61,473 nt of DNA from an uncultured virus (IMG/VR IMGVR_UViG_3300001687_000017) (Duplodnaviria; Heunggongvirae; Uroviricota; Caudoviricetes): IMG/VR virus record IMGVR_UViG_3300001687_000017; one strand, 5' to 3'. Shown here piece by piece: positions 9,634-19,239 of the stretch. Under the pieces are notes generated by a model that worked only from the letters and a program-made list of their open reading frames with translations, was not told where the DNA came from and ran no database searches. The position numbers were made by a program, and so were the translations under genes. Positions within the stretch are counted from its first letter, which is position 1; each line of letters opens with the position of its first letter.

Positions 9634-9914
9634 GAATTTGGTTTACGGCACGGGCCGCCTGGCTTAAAAAGGAGCGTGCCCGCGCTTCGACATAAGAGAA
9701 GAACGGCGGAAGCGTTGACGTTGGGCGAATTGATCACGGCGGCTTACTCCCTCTTTCCAGAGCCCATCGCGGCCTGGCTGTTGCGGGAAATGATGCGCCG
9801 TGGCTCCATCAAGCGCCTTGCCTGAATACCGTTGACGTAATTGACGTACCGTTTTTTAAGACGCAAACCCCAGGCTCCACCGATAGCGTTCTATAAGGTG
9901 CGGAGCTAAGGGTG

Positions 9915-10070
9915 ATGCGACTCTACACGCTTCAAGTCAACAACGAGACCGTGATCCAGGTCGACGCGGAGCTTCCGAGCTGGTTGCCAAGAAGGCCCCG
10001 GCTCAACCTTCGGTGGCTTAGGAACCTGCTGGCGTCGTCTCTGCGTGAGCTGCTCTTGGATGCCGCGTAG
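9915..10070 (+). CDS. Small hypothetical protein (51 aa, not in the ORF track)
   Basis: MRLYTLQVNNETVIQVDAELPSWL...LLLDAA*, read by hand; GTTCT at 9888 upstream; stop abuts the next gene's motif. Confidence 0.45.
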   Translation: MRLYTLQVNNETVIQVDAELPSWLPRRPRLNLRWLRNLLASSLRELLLDAA

Positions 10071-10077
10071 TTAAGGC

Positions 10078-10449
10078 ATGAATCTGAAGCAGCTGGCTCA
10101 GCTGTTGATTGAGGGACCGAATGCTGCCGAGCAGGCTCCTGAAATCGACAAGAAGATCGCGGTTTTCCTCAACCGCGTGCTGCTGCGGCATTGGAATACG
10201 CCCAGTTTCCTCTCCTTCCTCAAAGACGTGGCGATGTTCCCGAAGGACGATGAAAGCGGCCAAGTCGTAATCCAATTCGTTTACAATCGCCTGCCCGAGG
10301 AAGCGATCCCTTCCCTGGCCCGTTTGCTGGCTTCGCCTTCGGACCCCAAGTACTCGCGGTTTGTCGACAACGGCCAAGCCTATACCGGCGTTGAGCTGTG
10401 CGTTAAGCCGGATGACTTCGGCGGCGAGGAATACGACTACGCTTACTGA
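10078..10449 (+). CDS. Hypothetical protein, possible internal head protein
   Basis: GTAGTTA upstream; N-terminus MNLKQLAQLLIEG. Confidence 0.65.
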   Translation: MNLKQLAQLLIEGPNAAEQAPEIDKKIAVFLNRVLLRHWNTPSFLSFLKDVAMFPKDDESGQVVIQFVYNRLPEEAIPSLARLLASPSDPKYSRFVDNGQAYTGVELCVKPDDFGGEEYDYAY

Positions 10450-10460
10450 CGTAAACGAAA

Positions 10461-10769
10461 ATGAGCGCGGTCGCAAAGAGGATCATGGGCACGTACATCG
10501 CGGACGCGGCCCTTCCTATTTCTTCCACACGGGCTTGGCTCCAGACTCAGATGCGGCAAGGCGTCCTGCGGGGCGTCATCGAGAGGTTTGTCCGGGAGCA
10601 GCCCGAGGACTTGGACGCAGGCTTGGTGCTCGTGGAAAAAGTGGATGAATCCGTGGTAGTTGGGCGGATTCCGTGCTACGCCTACGATCACGAGAATCCG
10701 CACCCGTTTCGCACGGAAGTCCGGTTTAGCCTGGACTTGGCCAGGCGCGCCTTCACCCGGCTGGTGTAG
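10461..10769 (+). CDS. Hypothetical protein
   Basis: 102-aa ORF in an operon-like arrangement. Confidence 0.6.
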   Translation: MSAVAKRIMGTYIADAALPISSTRAWLQTQMRQGVLRGVIERFVREQPEDLDAGLVLVEKVDESVVVGRIPCYAYDHENPHPFRTEVRFSLDLARRAFTRLV

Positions 10770-11004
10770 CCACCGCCGCCTTGGCCACTTCGACTTCGTA
10801 GGTGGTCTTTCGGGCTTTCTCAGTTTTCCAGCGGAGTCGCCCCATCGCGTAGTCCATCGCCAATTTGCGGCACATGTCGAACGCGCTGCGCACGCCCTGG
10901 ATGTCCGTTTTGTCCTGGTCGTAGGCTTTCTCGAAGAGGGCGTACTCTTCAGGGGTTAGCCGGAACGCGACCACTTTGCTCTTGATGACTTTGCCGTTTG
11001 CCAT
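10753..11004 (-). CDS. Ribbon-helix-helix-like small DNA-binding protein
   Basis: KSKVVAFRLTPEEYALFEK pattern; GTTCT-N7-ATG upstream. Confidence 0.6.
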   Translation of the reverse strand: MANGKVIKSKVVAFRLTPEEYALFEKAYDQDKTDIQGVRSAFDMCRKLAMDYAMGRLRWKTEKARKTTYEVEVAKAAVATPAG

Positions 11005-11041
11005 GCTTGGTAGAACGGCATTTTCCAGTTCTTATGTCTCG

Positions 11042-11048
11042 GTAGTTA
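11042..11048 (+). promoter_or_regulatory. Putative late promoter GTAGTTA (portal gene)
   Basis: Same motif at 2817, 10067, 14045, 30733 and 34797 (+) and at 1127 and 29603 (-), always 4-8 nt before a start codon. Confidence 0.65.
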
Positions 11049-11054
11049 AAGCAA

Positions 11055-12974
11055 ATGGCACAGACCATCGGAACCAATCTTCTGCGCTACTTGGGCATGG
11101 TCGGCTCGACTGGCGTAAACACGGGGCGGCTTGTACCTCCTGCGGCCAGCGCCATCGCCAATCAGTTCCTTTTCAGGGAATTCGAGGAATCGGGCGCGGT
11201 GGCCGACCCCGACATCTGGACCAAGTACAACAGCGTCATGAAGCGTCCGACGACCTTCGACGCGATGCTCCAGCTGTGGGAAGAAATGGCCGATTGGGAC
11301 CTGATGCACGCCGCTTTGGTCGAGGTCGTGGATGAGGCGACCGCCGTGGATATTACCAGCCCAGGCGCGATTTGGTACCAGTGCAACGACAAGGCTTTTG
11401 AGGACGAGCTGAACAGCCTGCTGGTCAAGGTGGATGCGGAGACCATCATTCGCAGCCAGGTCTGGCACGTTGCCGCCGTCGGAAACCACTTTGAGAAGAT
11501 CGAGTACGCCCCGGTGGAGGGCGTGTTGGGGCTGTCCTTCGTTCATCCGATGGACATGCGGCGGTATTGGCTGGAGCGGAACCGGAAGTGCATCGGCTTT
11601 AAGTGGGCTGGGCACCGCCCGGACAAGGAGCCGGTGTTTGTTGGGCCGGACAACCAGACGCCGGTTGAGCGCGTCGCGCTTTCCACAGGCCAAAACGTTG
11701 AGGAATTGTGGTATCCGTGGGATTTCCTGCACATGCGCCGGATGTACCGGCTGCGCATTTCCGAACACGGCGAGCCCCTCTTCGCCGAGGCCGAGGGCAT
11801 CTACAAGAAGCTACGGATCGCCATTGACCAGATGGTGGTTCACCGTGCCCAGGTTCAGCCCGACCGCTACGCCATCAACATCGACGTTCAGGAGCAGCCT
11901 CCGGCAGAGCAGATGCGCACGGTCCAGCGGTGGAAGCAGCAGCTTCGGGCGAAGCTGGCGTTCGGCCAAACTGGAAACGTAAACAGTTTGAACGCGCCCA
12001 CGGACTTCAGCAGCTACTACAACGCCTGGGCGCTGGACACCATCCTCTACGTGGCCCAGCCCAAGGGCTTCAATCACGTGGTCAACAAGCTTCAGGGCAC
12101 GCAGCAAGTCCCTGACGTTTACGATATTGAGCTGCTCACCGACCTTTTCTACAGCATCATCGGCATGCCGCGTTCCTGGTTTGGCGGCCAAAAGGAGGGC
12201 CAGACTTCACCGTCGGGCAAGGCGCTCCTGGCCCAGGACATCCGGTTCCTGCGCAAGATCAAGTCCATTCGAGCGCCCATCATCCAGGCGTACGTGTGGC
12301 TGGCCTACTTCCACGCAGTCCTCAAGGGCAAGGACATCCGGGAGCTGGACATCAAGGTCCTCATGCCGCCCATCGGGAGCTTGGAGGACCAGATGAAGCT
12401 GGAGATGCTCAAGCTCCAAACTGAAGTCCTGTCCGAGCTGGCCGACGTGATGCAGAAGTACAACCTGCCGCAGGAAGCCTGGGTCGAGACGGTTTTCAAG
12501 CGCTACATGCACCTGCCGGATGAGGTCGTGAACATGTTCATCACGGCCATGCCGCTGCCGTCGGAATCCTCCGATGTGACGGGCGGCCCGGCGGAAGGCC
12601 GCAAGCCCGCGCCCAGGGTTGGAAAGCTCATCCAGGAGGCTGAAGCCCTGGCGGACAAGAATCCCAGGCTGCGCCAACTGCTGGGTCAGATGCGCGAGGC
12701 GCAATGGGGTGTCAATGTCACGGATGTCAACCGGGCCGTGCTCCGCCGCTTCAAGACTCGCGACGATGTCGCCCTTGCGCCGCAGCTTAAGGAGAACGAT
12801 CTGATCATCAGTTCCTTTGGCAAGCACCCGCTCGAACTCAAACGCGTAAACGGAAATGGTTCGAGCCAGGGGCGTATGTCTTTGACCGAGCAGTTGCAGG
12901 AAGGCATCACCCAGGGCGAGCCGGTCGCCCAGCCTAATGGCGGTTGGCGGCAATTCTATCCTGAGAAGTTCTGA
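11055..12974 (+). CDS. Portal vertex protein (T4 gp20-like)
   Basis: ALVEVVDEA, YKKLRIAIDQMVVHRAQVQPDRYAINIDV, VNKLQG, LLAQDIRFLRKI match gp20-family segments. Confidence 0.88.
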   Translation: MAQTIGTNLLRYLGMVGSTGVNTGRLVPPAASAIANQFLFREFEESGAVADPDIWTKYNSVMKRPTTFDAMLQLWEEMADWDLMHAALVEVVDEATAVDITSPGAIWYQCNDKAFEDELNSLLVKVDAETIIRSQVWHVAAVGNHFEKIEYAPVEGVLGLSFVHPMDMRRYWLERNRKCIGFKWAGHRPDKEPVFVGPDNQTPVERVALSTGQNVEELWYPWDFLHMRRMYRLRISEHGEPLFAEAEGIYKKLRIAIDQMVVHRAQVQPDRYAINIDVQEQPPAEQMRTVQRWKQQLRAKLAFGQTGNVNSLNAPTDFSSYYNAWALDTILYVAQPKGFNHVVNKLQGTQQVPDVYDIELLTDLFYSIIGMPRSWFGGQKEGQTSPSGKALLAQDIRFLRKIKSIRAPIIQAYVWLAYFHAVLKGKDIRELDIKVLMPPIGSLEDQMKLEMLKLQTEVLSELADVMQKYNLPQEAWVETVFKRYMHLPDEVVNMFITAMPLPSESSDVTGGPAEGRKPAPRVGKLIQEAEALADKNPRLRQLLGQMREAQWGVNVTDVNRAVLRRFKTRDDVALAPQLKENDLIISSFGKHPLELKRVNGNGSSQGRMSLTEQLQEGITQGEPVAQPNGGWRQFYPEKF

Positions 12975-13723
12975 TGGCCTTGAGGATTTACGACGCGGGC
13001 GGCACGGACATTCTGGCCAACAAGCCAGCGGAGGTCACCTTTCGGATTCCGAGCGGCACCTATGCGGTGGCCGTCTATGCCGAAATCGTGGAGGATGACC
13101 TGTGTCTGCCCTACCGGCTGCTCAAGGCAACGTTGGATTGGAATGACGGAACCCAGCCCGTCTCCTTCCCCGAGACGAACTATTCGACCTCGCCTTTAAT
13201 CGTAAACACTTCTCGCCGACTTGGGTTTGGCGCGTACGCGATCACGCTCATCGTGGAGAACAACCGCCTGCCGATCCGTGATTCTGAAAAGATCACGTTC
13301 TATGTGAACGTAGAGCCGGTCCAGGCGACGACCGAGCAGACCAAACTGTTGCTCGGGCCGATCTTGCCGAAGGACACGGGATTGCCCAATCGGCAGACGT
13401 GGATGTTCGACGTGGAAAACGACATCGCGCTCCTGGCCAGCTCCGTGAAAATGCTGCTGTTGACGACCAAGGGTGAGCGGGTGATGCAGCCCACCTACGG
13501 CACGAACCTGCGGCGCATATTGTTCGAGCTGAACATCGAGAGCGTGGAGTCGATCGTGCAACAGGAAATTTCGACCGCCCTTGCCGCCTGGGAGCCTCGG
13601 GTGGTGATTCAAAGCCTTGGAATCACCCGGTACCCCAATGAGCGCAAAGTCGAGGTCCTAGCGTCCTTCCTGGCGAGAACTGCGGCCCAGCCTTTCGAGG
13701 TTCAGTTGAGCTTTGGCTCCTGA
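12974..13723 (+). CDS. Baseplate wedge protein, GPW/gp25 family, with N-terminal PKD-like extension
   Basis: VKMLLLTTKGERVMQPTYGTNL..LFE..AWEPRV. Confidence 0.85.
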   Translation: MALRIYDAGGTDILANKPAEVTFRIPSGTYAVAVYAEIVEDDLCLPYRLLKATLDWNDGTQPVSFPETNYSTSPLIVNTSRRLGFGAYAITLIVENNRLPIRDSEKITFYVNVEPVQATTEQTKLLLGPILPKDTGLPNRQTWMFDVENDIALLASSVKMLLLTTKGERVMQPTYGTNLRRILFELNIESVESIVQQEISTALAAWEPRVVIQSLGITRYPNERKVEVLASFLARTAAQPFEVQLSFGS

Positions 13724-14052
13724 TGGGCAAACGCAACGTAGTCACCCGTCGAGACTTCATCCGCAAGTTCATGGACTGCGGATTGACGTTCGACCAGGCG
13801 TGCCGCTGCTACACCGGCATGGTCTCGGTGTTCGAGGACGCCGTTGTGCGCGCCGAGAAGATCGGCATTGGCCGCGTAGGTTGCCTCACGCCCACCATTT
13901 GCCCTCCACGAGACGTGGTCATGGGATTTCAGCGCGGAAAAGGCGGCAAGGTCGTTCGGACCAAGCGCCTCTACCACTTGGATGAAAGAGTCAAATACCG
14001 GTTCACCCTGTACCGGGAATTCAAAACGAAACACGGCCTTCAGGGTAGTTAA
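13723..14052 (+). CDS. HU/IHF-like DNA-binding protein
   Basis: TRRDFI..helices..EKIGIGRVGCL..PPR..VKYRFTLYREFK follows the HU fold pattern. Confidence 0.6.
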   Translation: MGKRNVVTRRDFIRKFMDCGLTFDQACRCYTGMVSVFEDAVVRAEKIGIGRVGCLTPTICPPRDVVMGFQRGKGGKVVRTKRLYHLDERVKYRFTLYREFKTKHGLQGS

Positions 14053-14055
14053 GAC

Positions 14056-15522
14056 ATGAGCGACATCCGCCCACTTGATTTGCCGACCGCTGCCGGTATG
14101 GACTTCGGCTCGGGAGACGTGCGCCATTTCAGCGAAGACGACGCCGTAAACGTGCCGGGGCTCCAAAACCCGACGCGGATGCTCGCGGAGCGCGATAATC
14201 TGATCGCGGTCAAGCTCAACGAGGTCGTCACGGAGGTCAACAACAAGGAGCAGGTTGTCCCGCTGCCCATTCCGCGCACCGGTATTCCGTCCTCGACCGA
14301 AGAGGTTGTCTTCAATTTCAAAATTCCCGACGGCTTTGAGGCCCGCATTCTGAGCGCCGCCATCGGCAGCAGCCCCGTCACGACCGACCTGACCCTCAAG
14401 ATTTACTTCAGCACCGGCTACGGCAACACCACTGGAACTGAGCTGGTCTCGACCACTGGCTCTTTCGACAGTGGCGTGGCCTTTTACAACACGGGCGAGT
14501 TCATCGTCGCCGTGGTCAACGATGGCAGCCAAAGCCTCGACGCCGTGGCCAGCGTGATCCTAACGGTCCGTCCGATGGGCTCCGAGGCCAGTCTCCTGGT
14601 CGGCAGCATCATTCGGGGTGCTCGCGGCTATACGGGCGGTAGGGGCGACAAGGGCGACAAGGGTGATCCGGGCGTTGGCGGCGCTGGCACGCCTGGCCTT
14701 TCCTGGGCCGGAACTTTCTCCTCCGCAACCAGCTACAATCCTCCCCAGGCGGTTTATTACACACGCGAGAACGGATCGACCGAAAGCTACATCGCGATTG
14801 CGGCCAATCCGTCCCCGGCCAAGCACCCGACCGACTCGGCTTATTGGGACCCGCTGGCGGCGGGTGCGGCGGCAGTGCTGACGTGGCGCGGGCCTTGGAC
14901 CTCGGGGCAAAACTACTATCTGAACGACGCGGTTAAGCACAACGGGTCCTCTTACATCTGCATTCAGACGGTCATCAACAGTACCGTCAACCCGGCCACG
15001 GATACGACAAATTTTGACCTCCTGGCCGAAGCCGGTACCGATGGCACCGACGGCACTTCAGTCTCCTTTGCCAGCCAGCCTGTTGGTTTCCCGGCGGCGG
15101 ACGGCGGCAGCCTCGCCTCCACCGCTCCGGCGGAGGGCGACTACGAGCTGATCAATGTTGGCGGTTTGCCCGGAACGATCACCGGCAAAGCCACGGAGTA
15201 CTGCATCCTGGGCGGGCCGGACGACAGCTACCCTGGCCGTTACGTGATCATGAACGGGGCCTTCCTGGCGAAGTTCGTGGGCACGCTCAGCATCACCATG
15301 CCGGTGTCCTACTACACCCAGCAGCAGTACACCCAAAGCAATGTCCAGGTGACCGCTACCGCTCAGGGCGATCAGCCCGTGCCGTTCCCTTCACCGGCAG
15401 GAACGCACGCGGGCGGGGTGCGGATCGATTGGCCGTCCTCGACGCAGGTCGACATCATTGTGACCGAGACCGTGGGAGAGCAAAAGGTCGTCGTCAATGC
15501 GACGGGATTTCAGATAGCCTGA
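14056..15522 (+). CDS. Tail fibre-like protein with collagen-like repeat and CBM5/12-like modules
   Basis: Gly-X-Y run GARGYTGGRGDKGDKGDPG; two WxGxW/F..Y..V.Y/H.GSSY repeats; GTAGTTA upstream. Confidence 0.7.
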   Translation: MSDIRPLDLPTAAGMDFGSGDVRHFSEDDAVNVPGLQNPTRMLAERDNLIAVKLNEVVTEVNNKEQVVPLPIPRTGIPSSTEEVVFNFKIPDGFEARILSAAIGSSPVTTDLTLKIYFSTGYGNTTGTELVSTTGSFDSGVAFYNTGEFIVAVVNDGSQSLDAVASVILTVRPMGSEASLLVGSIIRGARGYTGGRGDKGDKGDPGVGGAGTPGLSWAGTFSSATSYNPPQAVYYTRENGSTESYIAIAANPSPAKHPTDSAYWDPLAAGAAAVLTWRGPWTSGQNYYLNDAVKHNGSSYICIQTVINSTVNPATDTTNFDLLAEAGTDGTDGTSVSFASQPVGFPAADGGSLASTAPAEGDYELINVGGLPGTITGKATEYCILGGPDDSYPGRYVIMNGAFLAKFVGTLSITMPVSYYTQQQYTQSNVQVTATAQGDQPVPFPSPAGTHAGGVRIDWPSSTQVDIIVTETVGEQKVVVNATGFQIA

Positions 15523-16951
15523 GCAACTGTTTGACCCAGCGAACGCCCCAGGCACAGTAGCCCAGCAGTCCGCAGATGGGCCGGACCACGTTGAAGATCA
15601 CGGTTCCGGCTAGGTTGTCTTTCGGATGCACCCCATGCAAATAGGCCATGTGGTAGGTCCACGCCTTGATGGCGGGCAGCCAAAGAAGCAAAAGCCAGTT
15701 GTGTCGGTAGAGCTGCCGCGAGAGCGGGAAAGCCCACAGCGCGTAGCCGTCCTTCACTGCGCGGCTCACGTGGCGCTGGGTGTAAATCAGGTCGGCCAAA
15801 TAGATATGCTTCGGGATGTAGCCCCGGTGATAGGCCACGGTGCAGAGCCAGCTGGAGGACCGGTCCTTCATGTGGTTGTAAAACGCAGGGAAGCTAACGC
15901 TTGTGCCACCACTGTCTTCGTTGGTGATGGTTAAGCGCAAGTACCACGCGCCGCTGTCGTCACCGCCCGGTGTTCTTAGACCACATCTGAGAAAGACTTC
16001 GCCCGAAGCGTCCACAGCTTGTGCGATATAATCGTCCCCATCTGGAGGGTTATCGTCAATCTGGCACGGATTAACGTCATCGCGGTTGGTCCAGTCAATA
16101 GGCGTCAGTCCGCAGCCGTTACCAGTTTGAAAACCTCCGCGAGGCACCCGCGTCCAATTGCCGGTGCCGATCTTGTACTCCCACAGGTAGCAAAGCGGCC
16201 TGGTTCCCTTGATTCCCGTGTACGTGAACCTGACATAACTCGGCCACGGATCGCCGCCGTCCACGTGGTAATAAACGGTGTTGTTGCTCGTGTTGTAGTA
16301 GAAGGTGCCGTGGATTGGCGGCGCAAAGTAAACGCTCGGAGTAAGGCTACTGGTAAGGCGCGGATTCTGAAACGGACCTCCCAGCCGGGTATCCGCCGGG
16401 ATTTCCCAAACGAAGTTGTTGACCTGGATGCGCACGCGGTTGCGGCCCACGGTGTCCCCATTGCTGTCGAGGACACTTGAGCTGAGCGCGCTTAAGGCGA
16501 AATGGGCGTTCTGCGACGACTTGCGGGTGTGCTCCAGGAGCAGGCTGTTGGTGTTGACCGCAGCCGCGCTTTCAAGCGTCACAAATTCGGTGATGAGCGT
16601 GGTGCCGATCGGCTCGTCCGAAATTGCGTCAGGCTCGACCAGTGCGCCAGTATCCTCGGGTTGGCCCGCTAAAGCCGTGTCGAGTGCTGGGGCGTAGTAG
16701 GGCTGCCCGTTGATGACGAACCGGATGAAGTTAAAAGCGTTTACGTCCGTGTTCGACCACGTGTCGCCGTTGGAGTCCTGGTAAATGCGCAGGTCATTGC
16801 CGTAGCCATCCACATAGCCCTTGACCAAAGCAACGCCGTGGCCTTTATCGAGCGGGCCATTGATGTGGTAGGCCAAGTTCTCGGCCAGGAGCGCCAGCGC
16901 CTCGTTGAATTCGCCCAGCTCACTTTGGGTTGCCAGTTGCTCGCTGCCCAT
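15494..16951 (-). CDS. Virion-associated protein with C-terminal 'CT..Y..G...GY..WA' hydrophobic domain
   Basis: 485 aa; C-terminus SWLCTVAYHRGY..DLIY..GYALWAFPL. Confidence 0.55.
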   Translation of the reverse strand: MGSEQLATQSELGEFNEALALLAENLAYHINGPLDKGHGVALVKGYVDGYGNDLRIYQDSNGDTWSNTDVNAFNFIRFVINGQPYYAPALDTALAGQPEDTGALVEPDAISDEPIGTTLITEFVTLESAAAVNTNSLLLEHTRKSSQNAHFALSALSSSVLDSNGDTVGRNRVRIQVNNFVWEIPADTRLGGPFQNPRLTSSLTPSVYFAPPIHGTFYYNTSNNTVYYHVDGGDPWPSYVRFTYTGIKGTRPLCYLWEYKIGTGNWTRVPRGGFQTGNGCGLTPIDWTNRDDVNPCQIDDNPPDGDDYIAQAVDASGEVFLRCGLRTPGGDDSGAWYLRLTITNEDSGGTSVSFPAFYNHMKDRSSSWLCTVAYHRGYIPKHIYLADLIYTQRHVSRAVKDGYALWAFPLSRQLYRHNWLLLLWLPAIKAWTYHMAYLHGVHPKDNLAGTVIFNVVRPICGLLGYCAWGVRWVKQLLRLSEIPSH

Positions 16952-17475
16952 TATTCCTCCACCGTGACGTACGCCTCGGCGCTGGTAACCGAGCCGTACT
17001 GGTTGGTGATCACGCAGTAATAGGTTGCCTGGTCAGCTTTGACGACGCCCGTGTTCAAATAGAAGTTCGCGGTTGCCCCGCTGACGGCCTCATCGTCCTT
17101 GTACCACTGGTAGGTCATCGGAACCTCGCTGATCGCCACCGTGATGAGCGTCAGCTGATCGCCAACGCCGACCGTAATGTCAGTAGGCTGAACAACGATC
17201 TGTGGCGCGCTGCCAGGTGTAAACGCGGCTCCGTAGGCGATAATGGGCGTGATCACGGCCCGGTCGCCCGAAGTGTCGGTCAACAGCATGCGCAAGCTGT
17301 AGACAGCGCAGGTATGCCCGGCATCGTCCGCGAACTCTTGGTTGTAAACGCGAACGGCATTATGCCGACCCCAGTCACCGCCGGTATGCGCGGCTACACC
17401 GTTGCCAAAGCTGGCCAAAACCAGCTCCGCTGCCGCCTGGGCGGCCTGGGTAACCAGTGCGGTGTTGTCACTCAT
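16951..17475 (-). CDS. Immunoglobulin (I-set-like) domain protein
   Basis: APQIVVQP..TYQWYKD..DQATYYCVITNQYGSVTS. Confidence 0.8.
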   Translation of the reverse strand: MSDNTALVTQAAQAAAELVLASFGNGVAAHTGGDWGRHNAVRVYNQEFADDAGHTCAVYSLRMLLTDTSGDRAVITPIIAYGAAFTPGSAPQIVVQPTDITVGVGDQLTLITVAISEVPMTYQWYKDDEAVSGATANFYLNTGVVKADQATYYCVITNQYGSVTSAEAYVTVEE

Positions 17476-17489
17476 TCCTTAGAAGAACG

Positions 17490-17921
17490 CTATTCGGCTG
17501 GCGGGGCAGGAAGCCCCTCCGGGCCACCGCGCAGAAGTTCACGCGGCGAGGGCACTTCCTCGGGGCCAATACCACCGCCTGGGCCTTCCTCGGGGCCTTC
17601 TTCCGGCGGCGCTCCGGGGCCTACCGGCTCCTCGCCGGGCTTGGGAAGCAGGTCATCGGCACTGGGCTTGACGGGCCGTCCCTCCCCGGCTTCCTTGTCC
17701 GCCATGCCGCTTTCCTCGGCATCCTCGGCGGCTTTGATGTCCTCCTCGCTCTCGCCAGGGCCGGGAATGTTGTCCAAGTACCAGGTAAGCTCGGCGTACA
17801 GCTCATCGGCCAACGGATCGGCGTGATCAGCGGCCAGGGCGTTGCGCATGGCTTCGAGCTGCCCGAAGGACATCTCGACCTGGTAGTCGTTGTAGGTGCC
17901 TTTGATCTTCTTAATTTTCAC
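17490..17921 (-). CDS. Acidic Pro/Gly/Glu-rich hypothetical protein
   Basis: Low-complexity C-terminus; GTATTTA variant motif upstream on the minus strand. Confidence 0.6.
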   Translation of the reverse strand: MKIKKIKGTYNDYQVEMSFGQLEAMRNALAADHADPLADELYAELTWYLDNIPGPGESEEDIKAAEDAEESGMADKEAGEGRPVKPSADDLLPKPGEEPVGPGAPPEEGPEEGPGGGIGPEEVPSPRELLRGGPEGLPAPPAE

Positions 17922-17965
17922 AATGACCTCGTAAAAGCTTTCCCTAAATACTGTTCTTCCAAGGC

Positions 17966-19222
17966 ATGAACATCGTCACGTTCGCAGAACCTGTCACCGT
18001 TGCCTTCAAAAAGTCCGCTGGCGGGTCCACGGCGGTTTTTGAGCCCATGCGCCCGTACATCATCACCGGAGCGCAGCTAGACCGCATTACCCAGGACGAA
18101 AACGTCAGGAACCGGCTTTACAAGTGCTCCCGGCTGGAGCCCCGCCTCGGGCCGTTTCACCCCGGCATGCGCAATCCCAATGGCTCCAACCGGCTGCTTT
18201 TCTACAACGGCAGCGGCGGCTACGGGGATGCCATGATGAGCTGGCCGCTAACCAAGTGGCTGGCCGAGCAGGGCTTTGAGGTCCACGTCCTCAGCGATCC
18301 GGGCAATCAGGTTTGCTGGTACGGCTTTCCCTGGATCAAAACCATCCAGATGACGCCCATCGCCTACGACGCCTGGAGGCTGTTTGACTTTCACTTCGTC
18401 ATGGAGCACGTGAGCAACCTGGACGAGCACCAGGACCAGCTCCATCCGGTCGACGCGATGTTCACGAAGATGGGCGTTGACCACCGTTCAATCGACGCCA
18501 GTCATAAGGTCGTCCACCCAATTTTCACCTGGGCCGAGCAGCAGGGAGCCAGCCAGGACATGCCGAATCGGACCAAGCTGGGGTTCTACCAGCTATCAAG
18601 CGCCAATCCAGTCCGGGCCAGCCTGCCCAACGATTCAGCCTTTCTGTTGTCCCGGATCGCGGAAGCTTTCCCGGACATCCACTGGCTGGCTCTTCACGAT
18701 GAATTCGTGCCCAAGACTTACGTGGAGGCGCTCAAGTGCCGTACCTGCGGCGGTACTGGCACCCTGGGCGTGCCGGAGCAGGGCACCGTGGCCACGGAAG
18801 GCACGGCTGCTCCAGTGGTCCCCGCGCAGCCGTGCCCGGACTGCAAGGGCTGGAAATGGCTGGCCCCTAACGTCGAACCCTACGTTTCCGGCAGCCTGCG
18901 GGCGCTGTGGGCACTGATCTGGCGGCGGGCGACGGTCTGTGTCGGCCCGGACAGCATGATCGTCCACGTGGCCGGTTCTATGGGCATTCCGTGCGTTGGG
19001 TTGTGGGGACCTGTCGCGCCGCCCAACCGGGTTGGCTACTACAAAAATCACATGCCGGTTTGGCACCGAGAAGCCTGCCCGCACACGCCCTGCTACGCTT
19101 ATCTGGCCAATTTCCCCAAATACTGCCCGCCTCGGGGCGCGGGAGCACGCACCGTCTGCGAGGTCATGGCCGCCGTAACCCCGGCAGAAGTCATTGACGC
19201 TATCGCCAAGATCAAGCGATAA
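17966..19222 (+). CDS. Glycosyltransferase family 9 (heptosyltransferase-like) with inserted DnaJ-type zinc finger
   Basis: GGYGDAMM, CVGPDSMIVHVAGSMGIPCVGLWGP, C-terminal C..PC...C; inserted CRTCGGTG...CPDCKG. Confidence 0.8.
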   Translation: MNIVTFAEPVTVAFKKSAGGSTAVFEPMRPYIITGAQLDRITQDENVRNRLYKCSRLEPRLGPFHPGMRNPNGSNRLLFYNGSGGYGDAMMSWPLTKWLAEQGFEVHVLSDPGNQVCWYGFPWIKTIQMTPIAYDAWRLFDFHFVMEHVSNLDEHQDQLHPVDAMFTKMGVDHRSIDASHKVVHPIFTWAEQQGASQDMPNRTKLGFYQLSSANPVRASLPNDSAFLLSRIAEAFPDIHWLALHDEFVPKTYVEALKCRTCGGTGTLGVPEQGTVATEGTAAPVVPAQPCPDCKGWKWLAPNVEPYVSGSLRALWALIWRRATVCVGPDSMIVHVAGSMGIPCVGLWGPVAPPNRVGYYKNHMPVWHREACPHTPCYAYLANFPKYCPPRGAGARTVCEVMAAVTPAEVIDAIAKIKR

Positions 19223-19239
19223 TTCGTTTACGAATTTGC

